A stretch of DNA of 64,000 bases from Macrostomum hystrix (taxonomy: Eukaryota; Animalia; Platyhelminthes). The notes beneath the pieces are model-generated. The model searched no databases. It was not told the DNA's origin and worked only from the letters and a program-made list of their open reading frames with translations. Position numbers and translations under genes: made by a program. The stretch lies in NCBI GenBank assembly GCA_950097015.1, contig CATNEN010000001.1:15562001-15626000 (forward strand), in the 5' to 3' direction. Of this stretch, positions 1-12,000 are shown one piece after another (position 1 is the stretch's first letter; the number at the start of each line of letters is the position of its first letter).

Positions 1-3000
1 CACCAAATGTCTCATTAGCGGCTTATCCACATGGCCCAGAAAGTGTCCGATGGACTGAAAATTCTCATTAGCCGACACAATGTAGCCGCCGTCTTCAAGA
101 AGGTAGCAGGTGTTGTTCACCCGGTCCAGATCGCACAGAGAGCCGAAGGTCGAGTTAAAAATCGACTGAGATATCCAGCGCCACGACAGACTGGCTCCAA
201 CTACTGCAAGTAGGTAGCGACGGTTTGGGATACGAAAATATTAACGATTCTAGTTTAACAGCAGAAGGACTGTTTTTCCCCTCTAAGGAAATGTTTTTCC
301 ACCATTTCGATCGAAATTTTCCACCCTTTACGATGAACTAACTTTCAAAGCCGACAATGCGAGCTCTTTTGTTGTTTGTCTCCCACTTGGTGTCTTGCCT
401 GAGAGGTTAAAAATATATATTGAAAGTACATGCCCATCAACACCTAAATTAATGTTTGAAGCCAGATGAAAAAAATGCAAGACGAAATAGAAGTTATTTT
501 TTTGTGAAATTGATCTACTCTAACTTGGGCAGGCCGGTGTCGCGGACGAAATTGAAGTTACTTAGTTTGAAAAAGAAGTTGGAAACCTATATACTAATAG
601 GCTGGTTTTAGTCTAACTTGACTAACCAGCCACTTTGAAGCCATCTGGCAGTGTCACTGCCTGAAACATTGTCACTGGCGGAGGCTGCTCGGACAGTTCT
701 TGAAGCAGCTTTTGCTGCTTTTTTTGTTGCTGCTGCTGCTGCTGCACAGTGACACCCTGAAACCGGCAGTCGGTGCAAACCTGCGGCAGCGGCAGCGGCG
801 TCGGTGTCATTCTTCTGTTGCTGTGCTCGCCGCTTTGTACAGTTGTTGTTCTCACAGCTGCTGCCGCGACCCCCGAAGCTGCGGCTATGTTGGCGTTGAA
901 GTTGAAGAAGTCGGACAGAGGGTCGTTTGCTGACGACATCACTTGAAAAATGCCTAAAAGTATTTTTTTGTGTTCGATACTTTCCGATCGTTGATTTTTA
1001 ACAGTAGAACTACAAAGGGGGGAATCCCTTTCCTAGAAAAGACAATTATTTTTGCTGCACCCGAACGGAGCAACGCAAGCACTCGAAACTCAAGAACTTG
1101 GGCCAACTTTTTGTTGCGCATCTTCTGAAGCAAGAATCAAGTCACCGGCCCTTCAGTATGTCGAGATATTCAACGGTTCTGGCCGAAGGTCAGATTTTTC
1201 CCGTAAGAGCTACCCTATACGCGAATTAGCACTGCGCCTCACTGCGGCCTTGCCAGGCCTTCAAACTTTATCAGCATGTCACCCGAATGTGCCTGCATCA
1301 TCTGCGACTTCGGTAGTCACCTACTTTTACCGTGAATAGGGGTGTAATACAGTAGCTGTTTTGTAAAAAAATCTGGCTTTCGGCCAGAACCATTGAATAT
1401 CTCGATGGTCTGAAGGCAAGGTGACTTGATTCATGTTTCAAAAGATGCGCAACAAAAATTTGGCCCGCATACTTAAGTTCGTTTTGTTAGAAATTGAAGT
1501 GGGTGTGGCGACTGCCAATAAATTCTGCTTTTATGCTCTACCTCTGTATCTAAAACAACTGAACTCGTCTAATTTGTCTGCTAAGTCGAGTTCAATAGGT
1601 TCAACAGACAATCACCTCCTGTTTTAAAAGGTATCACAGAAGCGAAAATGATGTCCGGCTGCTCAAATGCTCTCTGATAATAGCCCTCGAACCAGCCTTC
1701 TCGCCAGCTGTCGTATCGCCAGGTCTCAGCGGCCGGTTGGACGCCCATCACGCCAGACAGGCCCGTCAGGAACACCGACTGGGCAGCAGAGGGGGCGCTG
1801 CTGGCGGAACGATCGGCGAGTAGCCGGGCGAAAAAGTTCTCGTAGAGTGCCATGTCCATGGACACAGCCTTCAGCCAGTGGCTGTGGCACAGGGTGCTGC
1901 CATTGTGCAGGAATGTCTGTAGAAGGTTGGCCATGCTCGCTGGAGCATTGCGAATCAGCTCTGCGTCTGCTGCTGAACTGGACTCATTGCTGGCTGGCTG
2001 CTGCTGCTGCTTTGTTGGTGGCTGAGTTGAGGGCCATGGGCGTCTAACAGGCTGTGAGGTATGGAATATGCAAATAAATGGTACAATTTTTTAAATTAAA
2101 AACCAACCTTGTGATTGACAATCGCAAGATTGAATGTATTTTTAAGGGAAATCACAGAGCGCTGTCAGATTCATATAGCCGCCTAGCTCCATGACATTGA
2201 CACTGGGCAGATATTGGCGATTTCGATTCACTTTGCAGAAAACACAGGCAACTTCCGTTTTGTTGAGCAGATAAAAATGCTTCATTAGAAAGCAGAATAT
2301 GTTTTCTTAATGTATAGCTAGTAAGTTTTAAATTTTGCGGATTTAACTCTTAACTCTCGGATAAAATACTTCGAACTCTAAGTGTATGCAGACTGCATGT
2401 AAAGCACTCATAACATGCATCATTGTTTCTTTGTTTTCAATGGTGTCTCCTGAAATCTCCACAGATCATAGCTTACAGATTGAGAAGTTTTTGTTGGACT
2501 TGGCGTTGAAAATTGCGCAGCCTGCGAGGCGGTCGGTCTCGGCGGCTTCGAGTTCGGCGGTATGTAGTACTCGGTGCAGTAGGGCATTTTCGTCGGTACC
2601 ACGTAGTCGAATGCTGCACTCGGGTATCGGACAGTGGTGCGACCGGATTCCGAGTAAAGGGGCATTGCGAGGTCGCCGAGTTGCTGCACTGGCTGGACTA
2701 TTTCAAGGTCAAATTTGAGCTCAGCAGTTGAGTTGTCACCGCTTGATGGCTGCTTGGGATCCACAGTTCTCACGGTGACACGAATGGCATCGTTGAACAC
2801 AGCGTATCTGTTGCCCTCCGGTGGCATAACTACCGAAATGCTGCGAAATGTAGTCGTTTTTTAATTGAGATTGCAACAGTTCTTGTAATATTGGACCCCA
2901 AAAAGAGCTGAGAAAATTCAATTCGACTTCATCAAACTTATTTGTGAATTTTTTAGTATGTATATAGTACAGTATGCACATATCGCCTAGACAAGTAACT

Positions 3001-6000
3001 TTGCACGCTTTTGCATTTAATTGTACAATATTTTTAATTCCGCTCTAAACCCTTAGTAACAGTATTTTCGTTAATATTTACAAGAAGGCTGTGGGCGTTC
3101 GTACATCATTTTCTACAGTCGAACCGCAGCTAGCAAAAAGGCAATTTTGTCCATTTTACAGACTCCTGAGCACACTCACACAGATACTATACGCAGGCAC
3201 CTACTCACACAGGTGTGTACATCTGCTCTGACTTCCTCATCGTCAGGCAGTGAGCCTTGGAGGCTGGCCCTCAAGGGCGTAAATTGCACGACAAGCCTTC
3301 AAGGCCTCTCTCAGAGACCTCTGTCACTTCCCCTGACTCACGAAATGACACATAAGAATAGCTTTAACCCTTTACTTCTATCTAATAAATTTAGAGACAG
3401 CGTGATGGATGGCTTACGCAAACACAGTGCTGTTCACATTGGTGAATGCATAGGTTCGCTCGGCCATAAAGGTGTGCGCATCGTCAGCTATTTTCAGCAG
3501 CGTAGAGATGGTCTCCCGCTGAATGCGTTCAGTGGCCGCGCCCTGGCCGCTGGTGGTGTTGACGATGCGCATGCGAACCCGGCGCTTCTCAGGACTGTCG
3601 AATTCCATTTCGATCAGGTCCACGTTCGGCGGATCCCTGAGCCAGCCGTTCTGTGATGGCGGGAGAATTTCAGGAAATTGTTCGCGACATAAACTGCAAA
3701 GCTGTGAACAGTCGCGACTGCTCAAGGCATGTTTAGGTTTGAGCTTAAGTTAGTAGCTTAGAGTTTGAGATGGTCGCTTAGAGCTTGAGTTAGTAGCTTA
3801 GAGTTTGAGATGGTCGCTTAGAGCTTGAGATGGTAGGTTAGAGTTTGAGAAGGTAGCTTAGAGTTTGAGATCGTAGGTTAGAGCTTGAAATGGTAGGTTA
3901 GAGCTTGAGTTAGTAGCTTAGAGTTTGAGATGATAGGTTAGAGCTTGAGATGGTAGGTTAGAGCTTGAGATGGTAGGTTAGAGTTTGAGATGGTAGGTTA
4001 GAGCTTGAGATGGTAGGTTAGAGTTTGAGATGTTAGGTTAGAGTTTGAGATGGTAGGTTAGAGCTTGAGATGGTAGGTTAGAGCTTGAGATGGTAGGTTA
4101 GAGCTTGAGATGGTAGGTTAGACCTTGAGATGGTAGGTTAGAGCTTGAGATGGTAGGTTAGAGCTTGAGATGGTAGGTTAGAGCTTGAGATGGTAGGTTA
4201 GAGCTTGAAATGGTAGTTTAGAGCTTGAAATGGTAGTTTAGAGCTTGAGATGGTAGGTTAGAGCTTGAGATGTTAGGTTAGAGCTTGAGATGGTAGGTTA
4301 GAGTTTGAGATGGTAGGTTAGAGCTTGAGATGGTTGGTTAGAGCTTGAGATGGTAGGTTAGAGCTTGAGATGGTAGGTTAGAGCTTGAGATGGTAGGTTA
4401 GAGCTTGAGATGGTAGGTTAGAGCTTGAGATGGTAGGTTAGAGCTTGAGATGGTAGGTTAGAGTTTGAGATCGTAGGTTAGAGCTTGAGATGGTAGTTTA
4501 GAGCTTGAGATGGTAGGTTAGAGCTTGAGATGGTTGGTTAGAGCTTGAGATGGTAGGTTAGAGCTTGAGATGGTAGGTTAGAGCTTGAGATGGTTGGTTA
4601 GAGCTTGAGATGGTAGGTTAGAGCTTGAGATGGTAGGTTAGAGCTTGAGATGGTAGGTTAGAGCTTGAGATGGTAGGTTAGAGCTTTAAATGGTAGTTTA
4701 GAGCTTGAGATGGTAGGTTAGAGTTTGAGATGGTAGGTTAGAGTTTGAGATGGTAGGTTAGAGCTTGAGATGGTAGGTTAGAGCTTGAAATGGTAGTTTA
4801 GAGCTTGAGATGTTAGGTTAGAGCTTGAGATGGTAGGTTAGAGTTTGAGATGGTAGGTTAGAGCTTGAGATGGTTGGTTAGAGCTTGAGATGGTAGGTTA
4901 GAGCTTGAGATGGTAGGTTAGAGCTTGAGATGGTAGGTTAGAGCTTGAGATGGTAGGTTAGAGCTTGAGATGGTAGGTTAGAGCTTGAGATGGTAGGTTA
5001 GAGTTTGAGATCGTAGGTTAGAGCTTGAGATGGTAGTTTAGAGCTTGAGATGGTAGGTTAGAGCTTTAAATGGTAGTTTAGAGCTTGAGATGGTAGGTTA
5101 GAGCTTGAGATGGTAGGTTAGAGCTTGAGATGGTTGGTTAGAGCTTGAGATGGTAGGTTAGAGCTTGAGATGGTAGGTTAGAGCTTGAGATGGTAGGTTA
5201 GAGCTTGAGATGGTAGGTTAGAGCTTTAAATGGTAGTTTAGAGCTTGAGATGGTAGGTTAGAGTTTGAGATGGTAGGTTAGAGTTTGAGATGGTAGGTTA
5301 GAGCTTGAGATGGTAGGTTAGAGCTTGAAATGGTAGTTTAGAGCTTGAGATGGTAGGTTAGAGCTTGAGATGGTAGGTTAGAGTTTGAGATCGTAGTTTA
5401 GAGCTTGAGATGGTAGTTTAGAGCTTGAGATGGTAGGTTAGAGCTTGAGATGGTAGGTTAGAGCTTGAGATGGTAGGTTAGAGCTTGAGATGGTAGGTTA
5501 GAGCTTGAGATGGTAGGTTAGAGTTTGAGATCGTAGGTTAGAGCTTGAGATGGTAGTTTAGAGCTTGAGATGGTAGGTTAGAGCTTTAAATGGTAGTTTA
5601 GAGCTTGAGATGGTAGGTTAGAGCTTGAGATGGTAGGTTAGAGCTTGAGATGGTTGGTTAGAGCTTGAGATGGTAGGTTAGAGCTTGAGATGGTAGGTTA
5701 GAGCTTGAGATGGTAGGTTAGAGCTTGAGATGGTAGGTTAGAGCTTTAAATGGTAGTTTAGAGCTTGAGATGGTAGGTTAGAGTTTGAGATGGTAGGTTA
5801 GAGTTTGAGATGGTAGGTTAGAGCTTGAGATGGTAGGTTAGAGCTTGAAATGGTAGTTTAGAGCTTGAGATGGTAGGTTAGAGCTTGAGATGGTAGGTTA
5901 GAGTTTGAGATCGTAGTTTAGAGCTTGAGATGGTAGTTTAGAGCTTGAGATGGTAGGTTAGAGCTTTAAATGGTAGTTTAGAGCTTGAGATGGTAGGTTA

Positions 6001-9000
6001 GAGCTTGAGATGGTAGGTTAGAGCTTGAGATGGTAGGTTAGAGCTTTAAATGGTAGTTTAGAGCTTGAGATGGTAGGTTAGAGCTTGAAATGGTAGGTTA
6101 GAGCTTGAGATGGTAGGTTAGAGCTTTAAATGGTAGTTTAGAGCTTGAGATGGTAGGTTAGAGCTTGAGATGGTAGGTTAGAGCTTGAGATGGTAGGTTA
6201 GAGCTTGAGATGGTAGGTTAGAGCTTGAGATGGTAGGTTAGAGCTTGAGATGGTAGGTTAGAGTTTGAGATGGTAGGTTAGAGCTTGAAATGGTAGGTTA
6301 GAGCTTGAGTTAGTAGCTTAGAGTTTGAGATGATAGGTTAGAGCTTGAGATGGTAGGTTAGAGCTTGAGATGGTAGGTTAGAGTTTGAGATGGTAGGTTA
6401 GAGCTTGAGATGGTAGGTTAGAGTTTGAGATGTTAGGTTAGAGTTTGAGATGGTAGGTTAGAGCTTGAGATGGTAGGTTAGAGCTTGAGATGGTAGGTTA
6501 GAGCTTGAGATGGTAGGTTAGACCTTGAGATGGTAGGTTAGAGCTTGAGATGGTAGGTTAGAGCTTGAGATGGTAGGTTAGAGCTTGAGATGGTAGGTTA
6601 GAGCTTGAAATGGTAGTTTAGAGCTTGAAATGGTAGTTTAGAGCTTGAGATGGTAGGTTAGAGCTTGAGATGTTAGGTTAGAGCTTGAGATGGTAGGTTA
6701 GAGTTTGAGATGGTAGGTTAGAGCTTGAGATGGTTGGTTAGAGCTTGAGATGGTAGGTTAGAGCTTGAGATGGTAGGTTAGAGCTTGAGATGGTAGGTTA
6801 GAGCTTGAGATGGTAGGTTAGAGCTTGAGATGGTAGGTTAGAGTTTGAGATCGTAGGTTAGAGCTTGAGATGGTAGTTTAGAGCTTGAGATGGTAGGTTA
6901 GAGCTTTAAATGGTAGTTTAGAGCTTGAGATGGTAGGTTAGAGCTTGAGATGGTAGGTTAGAGCTTGAGATGGTTGGTTAGAGCTTGAGATGGTAGGTTA
7001 GAGCTTGAGATGGTAGGTTAGAGCTTGAGATGGTAGGTTAGAGCTTGAGATGGTAGGTTAGAGCTTTAAATGGTAGTTTAGAGCTTGAGATGGTAGGTTA
7101 GAGTTTGAGATGGTAGGTTAGAGTTTGAGATGGTAGGTTAGAGCTTGAGATGGTAGGTTAGAGCTTGAAATGGTAGTTTAGAGCTTGAGATGTTAGGTTA
7201 GAGCTTGAGATGGTAGGTTAGAGTTTGAGATGGTAGGTTAGAGCTTGAGATGGTTGGTTAGAGCTTGAGATGGTAGGTTAGAGCTTGAGATGGTAGGTTA
7301 GAGCTTGAGATGGTAGGTTAGAGCTTGAGATGGTAGGTTAGAGCTTGAGATGGTAGGTTAGAGCTTGAGATGGTAGGTTAGAGTTTGAGATCGTAGGTTA
7401 GAGCTTGAGATGGTAGTTTAGAGCTTGAGATGGTAGGTTAGAGCTTTAAATGGTAGTTTAGAGCTTGAGATGGTAGGTTAGAGCTTGAGATGGTAGGTTA
7501 GAGCTTGAGATGGTTGGTTAGAGCTTGAGATGGTAGGTTAGAGCTTGAGATGGTAGGTTAGAGCTTGAGATGGTAGGTTAGAGCTTGAGATGGTAGGTTA
7601 GAGCTTTAAATGGTAGTTTAGAGCTTGAGATGGTAGGTTAGAGTTTGAGATGGTAGGTTAGAGTTTGAGATGGTAGGTTAGAGCTTGAGATGGTAGGTTA
7701 GAGCTTGAAATGGTAGGTTTAGAGCTTGAGATGGTAGGTTAGAGCTTGAGATGGTAGGTTAGAGTTTGAGATCGTAGTTTAGAGCTTGAGATGGTAGTTT
7801 AGAGCTTGAGATGGTAGGTTAGAGCTTTAAATGGTAGTTTAGAGCTTGAGATGGTAGGTTAGAGCTTGAGATGGTAGGTTAGAGCTTGAGATGGTAGGTT
7901 AGAGCTTTAAATGGTAGTTTAGAGCTTGAGATGGTAGGTTAGAGCTTGAGATGGTAGGTTAGAGCTTGAGATGGTAGGTTAGAGCTTTAAATGGTAGTTT
8001 AGAGCTTGAGATGGTAGGTTAGAGCTTGAAATGGTAGGTTAGAGCTTGAGATGGTAGGTTAGAGCTTTAAATGGTAGTTTAGAGCTTGAGATGGTAGGTT
8101 AGAGCTTGAGATGGTAGGTTAGAGCTTGAGATGGTAGGTTAGAGCTTGAGATGGTAGGTTAGAGCTTGAGATGGTAGGTTAGAGTTTGAGATGGTAGGTT
8201 AGAGCTTTAAATGGTAGTTTAGAGCTTGAGATGGTAGGTTAGAGCTTGAGATGGTAGGTTAGAGCTTGAGATGGTTGGTTAGAGCTTGAGATGGTAGGTT
8301 AGAGCTTGAGATGGTAGGTTAGAGCTTGAGATGGTAGCTTAGAGCTTGAGATGGTAGGTTAGAGCTTGAGATGGTAGGTTAGAGCTTTAAATGGTAGTTT
8401 AGAGCTTGAGATGGTAGGTTAGAGCTTGAAATGGTAGGTTAGAGCTTTAAATGGTAGTTTAGAGCTTGAGATGGTAGGTTAGAGCTTGAGATGGTAGGTT
8501 AGAGCTTGAGATGGTAGGTTAGAGCTTTAAATGGTAGTTTAGAGCTTGAGATGGTAGGTTAGAGCTTTAAATGGTAGTTTAGAGTTTGAGATGGTAGGTT
8601 AGAGCTTGAGATGGTAGGTTAGAGCTTGAGATGGTAGGTTAGAGTTTGAGATGGTTGGTTAGAGCTTGAGATGGTAGGTTAGAGCTTGAGATGGTAGCTT
8701 AGAGCTTGAGATGGTTGGTTAGAGCTTGAGATGGTAGTTTAGAGCTTGAGATGGTAGGTTAGAGCTTGAGATGGTTGGTTAGAGCTTGAGATGGTAGGTT
8801 AGAGCTTGAAATGGTAGGTTAGACCTTGAGATGGTAGGTTAGAGCTTGAGATGGTTGGTTAGAGCTTGAGATGGTAGGTTAGAGCTTGAGATGGTAGGTT
8901 AGAGCTTGAAATGGTAGGTTAGACCTTGAAATGGTAGGTTAGAGCTTGAGATGGTAGGTTAGAGCTTGAGATGGTAGGTTAGAGCTTGAGATGGTAGGTT

Positions 9001-12000
9001 AGAGCTTGAGATGGTAGGTTAGAGCTTGAGATGGTAGGTTAGACCTTGAGATGGTAGGTTAGAGCTTGAGATGGTTGGTTAGAGCTTGAGATGGTAGGTT
9101 AGAGCTTGAGATGGTAGGTTAGAGCTTGAGATGGTAGCTTAGAGTTTGAGATGGTAGCTTAGAGTTTGAGATGGTAGGTTAGAGTTTGAGATGGTAGGTT
9201 AGAGTTTGAGATGGTAGGTTAGAGTTTGAGATGGTAGGTTAGAGTTTGAGATGGTAGCTTAGAGCTTGAGATGGTAGGTTAGAGTTTGAGATGGTAGGTT
9301 AGAGTTTGAGATGGTAGCTTAGAGTTTGAGATGGTAGGTTAGAGTTTGAGATGGTAGCTTAGAGCTTGAGATGGTAGGTTAGAGTTTGAGATGGTAGGTT
9401 AGAGTTTGAGATGGTAGGTTAGAGTTTGAGATGGTAGCTTAGAGCTTGAGATGGTTGGTTAGAGCTTGAGATGGTAGGTTAGAGTTTGAGATGGTAGCTT
9501 AGAGCTTGAGATGGTAGGTTAGAGCTTGAGATGGTAGGTTAGAGCTTGAGATGGTAGGTTAGAGCTTGAGATGGTAGGTTAGAGCTTGAGATGGTAGGTT
9601 AGAGCAAATGGCAGTTTATATCCTACGAGCGTAAGATGTATTTTCGTTTAGAGTTTGAGAACAACTGGCTAGATTTTATTGCAATCTGCCCCTTTAAAAA
9701 GCAATTTAGATTTCAATGCATTTTATTCCAAAAGTGTAAACTTACTATTTATAGTAGGGAATCGTCAAAGCCCTCTCGTTTGAATAAAATATTTTAAATA
9801 TTGCTGAGAATTGTGTTTGCTGCAGGCAATCAATTTAAAGAAATCCAGGAATAAATTAGCCCCGTATCTGAGCACGAAATCTCTGTCTATTGTTGGTTTC
9901 AGATTCAAAGGCTCTGTGAATTGAGTGCAGTGAATAGAAAAGCCAAATCTTACCTGCGCTTTCAGCTCCGGGTGAAAGACAATGTAGCCATTTGCATTCA
10001 CAGCGAATGCGTAGCCTCTGGGTCCAAATTTGTGAAATGGGACCATCGCCTGCATCTCCTTCACCGTCACATCTGTGCCTATCAGCCCCATAAAGCTCTG
10101 GTTGCCCTGCAGGTGGCATTGTTAGCGGGTGGGGCATGCTTCCTTTGATGGAGACAATCGAAAAGAAACGCCTTTGATAGAGTACAATAGTAGGCTCACC
10201 GACGCATTGTACAGGGGCAGAGTGATGCTCGTCATCAGCCCCAGGCCCTGTTCAATGGGTTTTTAAAGCTAGACTTTATAATCGTTTTCCAGATGGCGTA
10301 ACACGGCGTAACGGAAGTAGCACAGGGGTCTTTTTCTAAGATTTTAACAGACAATTAGTTGAAAAGTTCTGAGCCACTGAAATAACTAAAGTATGGCTTT
10401 TTGAACTGTTATTGGGTACTCGTGGAGTTTTGTGTGATTATGACACACGAGCGTAGCGTCAGAATATACTCACCAAAGAGTCCAGGTAGATATTGTGCCA
10501 CTGATAGAAGTCCGCGGAGTACAGTGTCATTGGTCGGCTAAGCACGGTCGTGACATGCTAAAAATCAGAAAATATTAAATGAGGAATGAGTAATTAGCAT
10601 TGCACGGCTCATGTGAGCTCATGCTGATTACCTGTCACGCGTGAAAGGTGTCAGAAATCTCGCAATGTCTAATTACCGTCATAATTTGCTTTTTCATCTA
10701 ACATAAAGGTACAGTGCAGTCCAGCATTAAACTATTATGCTACAGAATTTCTTAGCCAACAGCTCACACAGCCATACAGTAGAATTACTTAGTCGACCAG
10801 AAAGTGCTCGACGATTAGCTCAAAGAGAACGTGGGGGGTGAGGGGTGTATGCCTTTGAAACACATCTGCTAGTTCCCAGCGACTGTTATTAGATCATCTG
10901 GTTTGCGGAGACAAAATCTCTTGCGTGACGCCGGACAAAAACGGCATTTTGCGAGGCCTAAAACACTTGGCATCTGAGCTGGGGGACTCGAGATGGTTCT
11001 GATTGGCGACTCGAATGACTGCATGCGCGTCTGTGGGGGGTTTCCTCGATGAGCAAGATTATCGCCGAGTGGAGAGGGCAGAGCAAACAGAACGATTCGA
11101 TAGTCTCAGATTGATCTGCGAAGTAGGAAAGGCAGAGCATCTGGAGACACGCGACACGATGCAGCACGCGAAAGAACAGTCAGCGAAATTCTTTTAGATG
11201 CTTGTAGCTGCAGTTTTATAAATCAGTTTGAGCGACTGACTTAAAGCGGAAGAGGGCAGGACTACACCTGGGTCATAAATTTCCCATCAGCGCAATCTTC
11301 AAGCATTGTTGCGGACTCAATTTCGGAAGGGTTGGTTGGAGTATTTCAGGGAAATGCTCAACCAGGAAGTCGCAGGGGACTGATTCCAGTGTCCAGAAAG
11401 GGAAAAGGGGCAGATTTCTGCCCATTTTTCAATGCCCGGGAAATCTGATAAAAGAATAAATCTGAGACTGGCTGTGGCCGAGATCCATTAGGACAAAGCC
11501 CGACTAATTTTGAGCACGACTCAGCCGGTACTCGTAATGTAGGCAAAGGGCAATTTGCTGTGTTCAAGATGCATACTTTTGTATGAGATTTCCGATTCCA
11601 TTTCAGGTGACTTGAAATTCCTAAGACAGCAGAAAACGAAGCATTTTCAGAACTCAAGAGTTGTCCAGTACCTCAAGAAATAGTCTACTCGTAAAACCTC
11701 AGGGAATCGTCCAAAACCACAGGGAATCGTCCAAAACCTCAGCGAATCGTCCAAAACCTCAGGGAATCGTCCAAAACCTCAGGGAATCGTCCAAAACCTC
11801 AGGGAATCGTCCAAAACCTCAGGGAATCGTCCAAAACCTCAGGGAATCGTCCAAAACCTCAGGGAATCGTCCAAAACCTCAGGGAATCGTCCAAAACCTC
11901 AGGGAACTGTCAAAAACCTCAGGGAATCGTCCAAAACCTCAGGGAATCGTCCAAAACCTCAGGGAATCGTCCAAAACCTCAGGGAATAGTCCAAAACCAC

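Noticed and set aside
3741-9605. Telomeric repeat
   Set aside because: Contains GGTTAG but not tandem TTAGGG; it is a 20-bp unit inside an intron.
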